Origin: Ramazzottius varieornatus
Lineage: Eukaryota > Animalia > Tardigrada
DNA length: 64,000 bases
Assembly: GCA_001949185.1 (NCBI GenBank)
Contig: BDGG01000002.1
Location: 1,795,826-1,859,825, forward strand
Reading direction: 5' to 3'
In this document: positions 12,663 through 23,758 of the stretch, in pieces
How the letters are laid out: each line of letters begins with the position of its first letter
Numbering within the stretch: the first letter of the stretch is position 1
Made by a program: the position numbers and the translations under genes
The notes under the pieces: generated by a model
Database searches by the model: none
What the model saw: only the letters and a program-made list of their open reading frames with translations
What the model was told of the DNA's origin: nothing

Positions 12663-13819
12663 TTCCCACCTGTGGAAGCCTTGCAAGACATCGTGCCAAG
12701 GCTTACACAAGTTAGTTCTCTCTTTTGCTTGTACCTAACGGTCTTACTCTTGATTGGCTCATGTTGCTTCCCCGTGTTACATCCTGTTTCCGTGTTCCCT
12801 TTACGCCCTGAGCTTGCTGGTGGCATCTCTGAGAGGCTTGTTGAGAATAGGGTAAAAGTCTATCAACTTCGGCTTGATTCCTCCTGTTACTTGCTAGAGC
12901 TAGTTGTCAAGCCTCGAAATAATAGACCTTCTGGCCTGGATCGGTCGTGAGTGGTGAAAGAACCTCGTCCAGCGAAGCCTAGACTGGTGAGACTGTTTCC
13001 TGTTGAGGAATACCTGCGGTCTCAGGGCGAGAGCCTCGTTGTCTGTCGGAGCAGACCCGAGTACTTGTCGAGTAACACTGAACTTGCAGGAAGAACGATA
13101 GCTTTCTAAAGGCGTTACGTTGACTTTGTTAACAGGATAGCGACCAATAGATTTCGGGGAGCCATTTCGGAATCCGGAGGTAGACGAGAAAAAAATCGAG
13201 GTAGTAAGAAGTGGTATGTAGGTACGTGCTGATCATGAAGAGATGAGAAGAAAACTGACGGCATCTGCCTGTAATTGTATAGATCGTCGGTTTTCAAAGG
13301 TTCGACGGCGGAAGCAAGAAGTAAGGCTTATAATGCCCTGGGCACAATTAGAAATGTTCACTTTACCATATCGGAGATTATTGCCTTTGATTCATAATAA
13401 TTTCGTTTGACGTCACTGGTTTGATGTACGCTACCTTTACTGGAGGGTTTTCCTACGAAAAGTATGACTTGTGATGACAGTGTTCCGACTATCAGTGCCT
13501 ATGCATATCGCAACACGTTTTTCGTCGGACGTCTCTCCGTAGCCCATCCACGGACAGCGTTCGTTTCATTGATCTGTTCGCGGAGCAATATATTCTCCTG
13601 AGCATTAGTCTCATAGGAACGCCTCTCTTGAGGATTAGTTTCACACGAACCTTCCAAATGTCAGCATTACGCCGTGGAGCGAGCTACGGTGCTCTACCTA
13701 GCAATACTCGGTTTTGCGAAAAAGATGGTGGAACACAGTAACCTCCAATGTTACCGCAGCAGGCTGGGAAAACTTCAGGCTTGATCAAGAGCCTATGTCG
13801 AGGTAATGGGGCAGTTTAA

Positions 13820-13862
13820 GTTTCCGGTCACGGGTTTCCGGTCACGGGTTTCCGGTCACGTG
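13820..13862. repeat. 14-bp tandem repeat (GTTTCCGGTCACGG) x3 upstream of LRRC58
   Basis: Read directly; the last copy ends in CACGTG. Confidence 0.8.
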
Positions 13863-14656
13863 ATCGCTGGATCTTATTTCCTATGGGGGATTTGGGGGTG
13901 ACGCTAGCAAAACTGTTGTTTGGGGGATGTTTTGGGGTAGGACTATACCAGATTTGTTTCCGTGGGAGAAGGAATCGTTATAAACTTTTCTTCCTCGTGC
14001 ATTCTTAAGCCTTGATTCGCTTCAGGTGTGCCCGACGTTGTAAGTGAAACTGCAGGGCGTAGACCAATGCACAGTACGAGCGCAAAATATTTTCAGTCTT
14101 GCGTTCTAGACCTGCATTATGTGACCAGAAGAATGTCCCATAACGCATTTAACGCATTCGAAGGAGAAACGCTTTTCCGGCAGGTACCTCTACTTCAGTG
14201 ACTTGGCGGAACTTGAAGCCGGCATGGTAACGCAAGTTCGACGGTACTGCACCGTCACGATCAGGTTTTCGCTGCGTGCTTCGTAGTTCTCACGAGTGTG
14301 AGCTGATCGATGATACCATCTTGCAAGCTCTGTCAAAAAAATGTGAACGAATAGCTCCCAGCAAAATTCACACGGTTAACTTCAACATACTCTTCGCATG
14401 TCTACAGCAACTGAAATCTTTACCGCGGTGTTCGATATACAACGCTCGTGCGTCAGACACTGAACCATCTACGAAACACCAAGGCCTCTCCAAGCCTTAC
14501 TTCCACCTGTCTGCCATCAAAACTTTGGAGGATAGGCTCTTCGAGACCAGCTTTGAATTTGAGGTACTGTGTGCTCTTTTTCTGATGTCTGTTCTGTACT
14601 GTAACACGCTTTCTGAATTATTCTGTGCGAATTATAGGCCGAGGTACTGTTCGACG

Positions 14657-16191
14657 ATGGCGTCCGATTGTCGTCCTTCGACCTCGCGAATGGACTCTAA
14701 CGCTTCCTCTTCCGGAGAAGAGTCGACCGACCACTGTCACGAGTTGGATTACTCACATTCGGAGCTGGAGTCATTTGAGTTGACCTTCTCTAATTTCTCA
14801 CGCCGTGAACGTAGTCGGGTAGGACGCGTCTCGTTGTCCAACAACAGACTACGTGTCCTCCCACGCAAAATTTCTCTCTTTTACAACATTCAACAACTGG
14901 ACATCTCGGGCAACCAACTCGAATCCTTGTCTTCTGAAATCCTTAAGCTTAGCCAACTGCGTATCCTGGTGGCCAAAAACAACCGTCTGACGGCTGAAGG
15001 ACTTCCGAAAGAACTGTATCAACTAACGCGCCTGGAACAAATCAACCTGGCTGGCAACCCTCTCGGCTCGGTGATTCCCGATGTTCTTACGCTTTTGCCA
15101 AGCTTAACCTACCTGCATTTGGGCGGCTGCGGACTCGAAGAAATTCCTCGCACCATCAACAAACTGGGTAGCCTCGAGGTACGTTGAAATTGACGCAACG
15201 TCATAGGCGAACCTACAGTCGAGAAGAGTCAGTGTTGGGCCAGATCGTTGTATCAAATGGCGCACGTTTCTGTTGTACTTGACCGAAAGTAAGCGCCACT
15301 TGGGAAAACGATCAGGTTCACATCATGTGCTCACGCCGCTGGTGTAGGAGAAAGGCAGACAAAAGTCAGACAAGGACACAAGAAGAAAAGGCATGCATGG
15401 GAAATCACAATGTACTGGTGTGTCTTCAGGAAGATGTACACAAGTGTGTTACAGGTATTGTATTTGGGTGGTAACCAGCTGTCGGACGTCCCCGAAGAAC
15501 TGGGTTTCCTTCCATCGTTACAATCCTTGCAATTGAACGATAACCGGTTGGAGAACTTGAACCCATCTATCGCTAATCTATCTCAGCTGCGTTCTTTGGC
15601 TCTCCACAAGAACCGTCTTTCGTCCTTACCTAGTGACATTATCAAGCTGTGCTACCTCCGAGAACTTTCCCTCCGCGACAAGTAAGTACCACCAACTATC
15701 GTTTCAGAAGGGTCGCACTGAACAGAAGACAATGAGCAAGTCGGTGTGATTACAGTCCGTTGGTGCGTCACTTTGTCCGCTACCTAATTTACCAACCAGC
15801 CACTTTACAAGAAATCGCAGCGCGCGTCATCAAGGCTCATCGAATAAACTACGAACGTTGGTTGCCGAAGAACCTCAATCAGTACCTCAATTCGGCTCAT
15901 CAGTGTGTCAACAACCAATGTCGAGGTAAGCTCGCTGCTCACAACTTACGTAACTAGCGGTGAAAGACCTGATTTTGGGTGGATCAAACGGATTTCTTTC
16001 TTCTTCCTTTAGGTGTATATTTTGATTCGCGTTTCGAACATATCAAGTTCGTGGATTTCTGCGGCAAGTACAAGGTGCCCTTCTTGGAGTATCTGTGCTC
16101 CGCTCGATGCATGCCCACAGCTCCCGACTACTTGGAAACAGCACCAAACCCCGCCGAAGCCGACTTGCTCAGAAGAGTCTTGCTTGGTTAA
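14657..16191 (+). CDS. LRRC58: Leucine-rich repeat-containing protein 58; exons 14657-15178, 15455-15681, 15756-15925, 16013-16191
   Basis: Tandem LxxLxLxxNxL repeats, then LSLRDNPLV, BC-box-like PATLQEIAARVI and the family C-terminus SAHQCVNNQCRGVYFD..FVDFCGKYKVPFLEYLCS ending RRVLLG. Confidence 0.92.
15235..15320. repeat. Intronic palindromic repeat, one unit, in the first coding intron of LRRC58
   Basis: ATGGCGCAC 15257-15265, 25 nt, AAGCGCCAC 15291-15299, then ttgggaaaacgatc. Confidence 0.8.
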
Positions 16192-16773
16192 CCTTTTCAA
16201 ACTCCACGGGTCAACTTTAAACTTTTCATTTTAACCTGCAGTCGGCATACTCGTTTGATCTGCAGTGAACCATCGCACGGCACTTACGTAAACTTTCAAT
16301 CTGCTTTTCGGACTCGCGCTGGAATATGCTTCAGGCTGTACATTATTTCGCGACCCATTCGTTCGGGGATATCGATACCTTTTTGGTTTCCAACATACTG
16401 AGAGTATACAAGAACAAATGTACGCATTTGGGAATATCGATCACGGAGCAAGCCATTACTGAATATCGGTAAAATAAGTAATAAGATGTTGATGAAGTAG
16501 TCAGCCCATATAAATGGCGACCATGTGTTCAGGATACTTTCCCGCAGCCAGCTCGTTATGGGTTCGATACTAACGCCTGGAGCGGTAATTTTCCAACGTC
16601 CTTTCTAATGTTGACGCCCAATGTAAGGCAACCGGAACTTTGTTTAAAACGTACGCCAATATGGCCAAGTTAATCCCTGTACATGCTATCGCAAACATAG
16701 ACTTCATTTCTGTACACGGTACCAGCTCAGACAACTAGGAGAAAGGCAGAAAGATGGAGGACGGGCCACGGTT

Positions 16774-19772
16774 TCAGGAAAATGTCAAGGTCTGTCTGTC
16801 CTTTGTCTTGTCGGCCACAATAACTTTCCTCAGTAGCCAATACGTCGTCATAGGACCTTTTCCCTTCACCTGTAGGAAAGCCTAATTAATACCATAATCA
16901 ACCAGAAGACATTACGTCGATGTGAATGTTTGGCGCCTAGCTTCTTGACATGAATAGTCTCTTTCAGGTGGCAACAATGTATGCTGTATTGCGGCGAAAC
17001 TATCCAGAAACCTCCCGCCCCATAATCAGTATACACGTCGGGTTGTTCTTACCTGAATCTCCCCGCGCGACTCCATTTCAAAACATTTGAAATACCGTAG
17101 AGCATCATGGGTGGTCGTTGTTATGTGCACTCGCAAAGGTTCGCCGTGCGACTCCATCCGGGACGCCGTGTTGACCGTATCCCCAAACCTGCAAAAGATA
17201 CACAAGGTTGCGCTCGTCCTTGATCGTGGATAGCGGATGTTTCTTTTTGGTCAAGTCTTACACGCAGTAACGAGGCATTTTTGTCCCGATTATCCCCTAA
17301 TACCAACCAATCAAAGAAGAGTCGTGAATGTTTATTGATATACGGTTGGAACAATGTATCTGCAGACGAACAAAAGTGAATCCCTACCGCGGCACAGGGA
17401 CCTGTGTGTAGTCCGATGCGCATCTTCAGGGCGTAGTCGGGTTTGTGGGGTAGCCGAATTTGCGCCACATCAACGATTAACTCCAAGGACATGCTGGCTA
17501 CCTCGTAAGAATGCCTGTAATGTACATCATTGTGACGCACGAATTTCGCGTCTTTCAAAACAATTTGGTCCCACTTGTTGCCGTTTCGCTCAGGAAGTCC
17601 ACTGACACACAGGTAAGCATCCCCTACGAACACAGACGGATCACGCCGTGACACACGAGCGCGAAGTGACGGATTCATTATTTATTACTACCGATGGTTT
17701 CCACTTTATAGACGTCGTAAAGTTCGATCCGTCTGTCCATGACTGAAACATATATAGCTCATGCGCATACCGTAGTACAGTGCGTAGCAAAACCTGCCGA
17801 AAAGGGACAAGCAATGAAGCAGTGGAACTTACTGGTATAGAGTTTATTCAGGGTGTCGACAATCTGCAGCGGCGTTGACGTCGAACTCAGCACTGTAAAC
17901 TCCACGATATCACTGAAAAAGACGGTGACTTGATCGTACGATTCGGGTTGGATCACTTCCCGGTTCTTCAGCTTGTCGGCGATCTGACGGGGAAGTAACT
18001 GATTTAACACCGCTTCTGCTCGCTTCTTTTCCTTCATCACTTCCTCGTTTTTCGATTGCAGAATAGCCGCAAAACTCTGGATCTGACCAGTGATGAAATT
18101 CAGTAGAACAATGATGGTCGGCAGGAGGGCCAGTGCCAGTAGGAGGATGAAGAGGTTGGAACCCACGGTTTTGTTGGCGTCATAGATGGCCTGCTCCAAG
18201 TTCTTCCTGATTCTGGCGGAAGTGTTCCTTTCGATGTCCCGAAGGATGTTTTGATAGTTGGTCATTAGGGCGTACCAAAAACGCTCTCTTTCTATGTCCC
18301 GGTGGGTTAGATTGTTTTGATCGATCAAGTTGCGCTCCACAGTGATGTTAGCTTCCAGTGACGAGCCGATGTAGCTCTGGACAAGCATCTGCTTGATTGA
18401 GGGTTCGTACTGCAGGCTTTTGTTGAGCAATGCTATGCCTTGGGATCGCTTATTCTGATACCACAAATAATTTGGTAATTCCATATGCCCTGTATGAATC
18501 AAAGACGGTAAAATGGAACGTCGGCAAAGGATGTTTTCCCTTACTGGCGCACCCTGACAGTCCATGGCTACGATAATGTGCGCCGCTTAAATCAAACTAG
18601 GAAATGGTTGGCATACCGTTTCCGTAGAAGATGGTGCCGCACGATCGTTCCGCCGCAATGTATTCTTTGCCCATAATGAACAGATGATAACCCACTAAAA
18701 GCTGCCATCTCTGTTCGGTCGCCTGGGACCCAATTACCGAATCCCCAATCCACTTCAGAATATGGGTGATAATATCCGTGAAAAAGTCGAGCTGTAGCTC
18801 TGGCGTCGAGCTGTTGACCATGATTCGGTTGATGGCAATCTGGAGTTGCAGATCTTGTTTCTGCAGGAAAAAGTGGTCCTCCGGTTTCACATCGGGCCAG
18901 CTCACTAGGGCCGCTAATGACTCGTCCACTGTTTTTCTCCTGCCGGAACGAAAATATGCATCGATACACCAATTAGGGACCAGGTAAAGAAACCGAAGAG
19001 AACGTTGGCCCAAGTGGCGCACGTTTCCGACCAACAACATCTGAAAAGTGCGTCACTTAATCCAACACTCGAAACCGACATGCTCGCTGCTCCAAGTGGC
19101 GCACACTGCCAACTGATATCGACAGAAAGGTCCGCTACTTGTTACAAGAGTGTTACATGTTCTCTTCACAGATCTAAAAATTTCAATTTTTCCGTGACCT
19201 TTCGTAAATAATGCTTTGTTTACTCACCTGAATTTGACTGCAGCAAGTAATTGCTCGTTCACCATACTCAGATAAAACGTAGTCGTCCCTCGCTCTAGTC
19301 CCAGGGCGTGGACTACATCACCAGCTTGAATGGCAAATTCAATCTGGTCCTTGAAATCGCTTGCGAACTGCTGTTGTTGGAGAGCTTGGTGGACGCTGAT
19401 GCCAGACTGAACCACTAGAATAATGATGGGAATAGCGGCCATGCCTAGGATCTTGATCAACTGCATTCGCCGACCCTTGGTCGTTCGTGGATCGTCCACA
19501 CATTTACCCGCAACTCCGGCCAGTCGCGACAAGGAACTGCGACCGGTGGCGATCGACCCCGTGTCATACTTGCCAACTTTGAAAGCGTAGTCGGAGACAG
19601 CGCGCGAACCGAGCGTTGTCGAAGACCCATGTTGTCTTTCTATCACAATGGATGGCTTCGTATCGCTGTGGTGAGTAGCGTGGCCGTGAAGGCGCGTTGT
19701 CCCGCCATTTACGTGCGCATGCTCCGAGGTAAGGTCACCAACTCGGTTGAAATCCATCGAATGTAATTTCAT
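16774..19772 (-). CDS. NIT-domain transmembrane guanylyl cyclase, multi-exon
   Basis: TM segment, NIT-like helical domain ([11 protein letters not shown]; GKEYIAAER), second TM, coiled coil, then cyclase motifs [63 protein letters not shown]. The E and C specificity residues indicate GTP. Confidence 0.88.
18990..19150. repeat. Intronic palindromic repeat, two units, in cyclase intron 1
   Basis: Cores 19014-19022/19048-19056 and 19096-19104/19130-19138, both with 25-nt spacers. Confidence 0.8.
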
Positions 19773-20139
19773 TCAGGAAGCAACTAAGGCGACCACGTAT
19801 ACCGACAGACTATAAGGATTCCTGAACTGATAAGATGGGTAGTGTGGAATGCTGGAATATGTTTCCCAACTCCTAATGTTGTATTTTCGTTTAGCGAAGT
19901 AAACTAACGCATTAAACCTAAGTGGTCATCCCATGTTGCACCATGTAAGTGCCAAGAAAGTGTAAGTATTATTTCATAATAAGCATCCGATGAGCTAACA
20001 CCTTTTTCCTTCGTCCCTGAAATTAAATTAACGCATCGCGATATATCCTCACTCCCTACTAATTTATTTTTGCGTGTTGCTCCATAATTCAACCTGTGTT
20101 GCGAGTCTATAGACAACGACTTATCTAGCTCTCAGGTTT

Positions 20140-21763
20140 TCAAGTGGAAAAATAATCAAATGTTTCGCCAGTCCGATGTTTTACACTGGCCTTGAACACT
20201 GCTCTCGCCGTCAAACTTCTCTTTGCTTGAAAGCCTATCCAGTAATCGTCGGAAGCCTCGTCATTACCCCAAGTATGGACCAGCCATTTGCCCATCCTTA
20301 GCACATCTTCTGGATTAGTGGCGATGTTGACTATCGGACTTTGAAAGGGTAGTTCCACGAAAATGACTTTCCCAAACGAGCTTGTTAGGATACCGCTAAA
20401 GTACACATCATCGACCCACAGCTCTTTAACCCTCAAGGACTCCTCGTACAGCGTCCCCACCATGTCCCAGGTGAACAGGTAAGCGTTGCCGTAACAGTAG
20501 GGAGGGTACACTGCACCTGCGTACTCTTCCTCGGCGACGTACCATTTGAAGAAAGGATCACGGGGTGCTAGCTCGTTGATCAGGACGTTGGCGCAGAAGA
20601 AGGTGCGAGGTGGGGGGCTGGCGTGGAAGCGGAGGAAGAAGCCGGTGAAGGCGTCAAGGTCTAGAACGACGTCGTCGTCCGTCTTGAAAGCCAGAGGATA
20701 GGATGTGGCGTCGATGAAGCAGGAAGTAAGGTTTTGTAGGAACTTGAGCGCGAAGCGGTGTTTGAGAGTTAAGTTGCGGTAGGAGTCGATAAAGTCGCCT
20801 TGGATAATGTCATGGTAAGCTCGACTTTCGGAGAGAACGTTTGCTTGGATGGTCTGGCTGAGGGAGGAACCCAGGACGAAAATGTTGACGGCTCGGTTAC
20901 GTTGGAGAACTTCCCTGCTTGCCCATGTTTCCCGCACCTAAAACAGTGGAATGTAGACGACAAACCACCACTCGCGACTCGTATCAAGCAAACGAGAATA
21001 ACTGTACTTCTCAACGGTTTCACTTGCTTGCTTAACACATTCAAACTAATACTGTACAGATTGCCAAACCAAGCGTACGGCATCTTTGTCTGAAGTGGCG
21101 CACGCATCCAGCTAGTATCCAGGCAAGCGTGCGCCACTTGGAAGACGAACTCGACCCAATCATTGTTCCAAGTGACGCTTTACCACTGTCATCGGCTGGT
21201 AGGGTGCGCCACTTGGGATAAAAATCTTGCACATTTTGTCTGCCCATCTGCCAGCTATTGATACATATGTATCTACAGATTTCTTTTAAAACAGAAAGTA
21301 CCTTTTGACGAAGTTTGACGTTTTGTGCTGCCGAATGTGTGTAGATGATGAAACGTGGTACGGAGGCGTTGTTCACAAGCACGACTTGACACGAAATGAA
21401 ACCGTCTGTCAAAAGCTTCGTCTTGTCCTCGTTAGAGACTCGCTCCGGCTGCTGTACGATGTACACTTGGGTTTGGTTGGTAGCATTACGCAAATGCCGC
21501 TCCAGACTATTAGCGTCATTGCTCCTGAGGACGCACAGCTGCACGTCTAGCCTGCTGGCGAACGCATTGCGGCTGCGACACTCCAGAAACGGCAGGGTAG
21601 ATAATCCTACGGGAACGAAGTCCGAATACTTTGCTGGCTCTACTTTCCTGACAGACAAGTCACGATGTTGGACAGTCAATCGAGTGATGGTGTATATGAG
21701 CGAATAAAACACTACGAAAGCAATGGCGAATGATAACAAGATGATTTTCTTACGGGCCAACAT
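20140..21763 (-). CDS. GT31 beta-1,3-galactosyltransferase-like protein; exons 21763-21302 and 20937-20140
   Basis: Type II TM anchor; RETW, DIIQGDFIDSYRNLTLK, KTDDD, KWYV, YPPYCYG, DDVYFSGIL. Confidence 0.9.
21065..21250. repeat. Intronic palindromic repeat, two units, in the GT31 intron
   Basis: Cores 21095-21103/21129-21137 (25 nt) and 21172-21180/21204-21212 (23 nt). Confidence 0.8.
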
Positions 21764-22028
21764 TGCACGATCGCTTGAGCCATATTAAAGTTTCTATATC
21801 GGTAAATCTCGAGACTCTAGTCTTTACAGGGAGACAGTCTTTGTGGCTGGTATACGTTCGAAAAGATTCATGGTTGGGTCCGCAGGCCAAATTACTCATC
21901 GGAAGACATAAACACTGAAGGATAATCATAACATTTCATATCTTGCTAGACTGGTCCTGCGAGTTGGCCAGAGACTCAGACTGCGACGCACACGTCTTTA
22001 GATCTGGTTAAACGGAAAAAGAAGCAGC

Positions 22029-23445
22029 TCATTGCAAAAAGCGGACAACGTGGTCAGCAACGCGCTCCGGAGTATCAACGTGTACGTGGTGGAGACCTTC
22101 AACTTCAACGCGTTGGAATCGTGCGCAGTTCTGCTGGAAGAGCTGCAAGAACTCTGCGTCAATTTCGGGCGATTCCCAGCCGGGCGCACCCAACGACCTG
22201 CAACGTGACGATAAGAACCTCTCGGCCACAATGAGCGACTGTACAACAGACAGCCTATCAAGAGCTGCCTGAAACGAGATCTTACTTTGTGATCAGCAGA
22301 GGACACTTGAGCTCCTTCAATACGAGCCGATGGTGCAGTAGGGGAATTTTATACAATGGAGGCTAAAAAAGAAAAACCCGCACGGGTGCTGTTATCATCG
22401 TACGGTGAAGTTATGCTGACATACAGTAACATCGGGGCAGCAGAAGGCACCTACAAAGGTTAGACGGGGGTCGCGTGCAATCTGAAACTTTCCTACAAAG
22501 AAGGATAAATTCGCCTCTCTGAAGAAAACGGTACTGTCTGTCCGGAACGATGGAGTAGACTAACCGTACCTGGTTGCGGCTGTCTGAGGCCGCGCTCCAG
22601 AAGAATTTGCGCGGCTTCCGGTGTCATGTTACCTTTGTGCTTTTCTGCAAACCTATCAAGACGAAAAACAGCTTAGCTGGTCTGGTTTTATATAAAGTAT
22701 CAAAATAAATCGAGCGTACCACTTGATGGCTTCTTCTTTCGAGTTGAAGATTTCAGACTCCGTCTGTTGTTTCTCCTTCGCTGGATCGGTATACGCCAAG
22801 AGGGACATGCGAATGCCTTTGACTAGGGTACCGGGTACCTCCGACATTTGCTTAACAATATCCAGAGCCACCACGGCCTCAACCATCTCCGTAAAGATGG
22901 ATGCAAACTACCAAGACACAAAGCCAGTCACATCACTTCCAGCGTAAAGACTGCTCTGTCGAAAGTAAGGCAAACAATTTCTGAAATCATGCGACGCATA
23001 TCATACACGAAATACCTTACATGCGTACCATTTGGGCAACTCCGGCTCCCATACTGTGCCCGATGATGGTGAACTTCGTCCATCCTAGCTCTGAGGAAAA
23101 CAGTGAATATAGAATTATGATGCCAACAGAATACCTTGACGGTGAAAGTTGGACGTTCTTACTTTGTACAACGCGAAGGACGTCGGAGATCCAGTCGATG
23201 GTATGATAGGCAGCTCCCGGCGATCGCGGAGTACTCAGACCATGTCCCGGGAAGTCGATGGCCACAATCCACCAATCAGCGGGCAATAGCTCAATCAGCT
23301 TCCTGAAAGAGTTGCTGTTGTCCTGCCAGCCGTGCAACATCAAGACCCGCTTGGTACAACTGTCCGGCTTGTGCTCCTGGGCGGCAATGATCCCGCCAGC
23401 CACCTCCAGCCGCGTATCCCGCAAGACAGGCTTTAACTCCGGCAT
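22029..23445 (-). CDS. Serine hydrolase-like alpha/beta hydrolase (SERHL/kraken-like), multi-exon
   Basis: LHGWQDNSNSF, DFPGHGLS, GHSMG nucleophile elbow, C-terminal GLHHVHVDTPERV. Confidence 0.88.
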
Positions 23446-23758
23446 GGTTAAACGGCACGACTACTTCCCGCACGTAATCGGTGTTGCACAACAATGAGTC
23501 TTTGGTAAGTTCAAAGTCTGGCGATGCTTGTTAAGTTAGAAGACGGTTGCCGGTAAATGACTGGCGGCTTGTGAATAAATATCCGGCAGGCAACTGTTCT
23601 TTCAAACGAGTCAACTGTTCTTTCAAACGGCAGGATGTAAGCCTTCGCCACTGTCAGGATAGTCTAGTAGTGCTCATTGCGCTGCCCGATCGACTGTCTT
23701 CGTCCCCAAAGTGGAAGTATCGTTTGGTGTTTTAACAGCTACAAAATTGACATCGATC
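23446..23758. promoter_or_regulatory. Probable bidirectional promoter between the hydrolase and the P450
   Basis: Head-to-head ATGs 313 bp apart. CAACTGTTCTTTCAAACG occurs at 23591-23608 and 23612-23629. Confidence 0.5.

Noticed and set aside
14276-14656. N-terminal extension of the LRRC58 ORF in the ORF track
   Set aside because: Non-ATG start, internal splice-like signals and no LRR similarity; more likely 5' UTR or intron.
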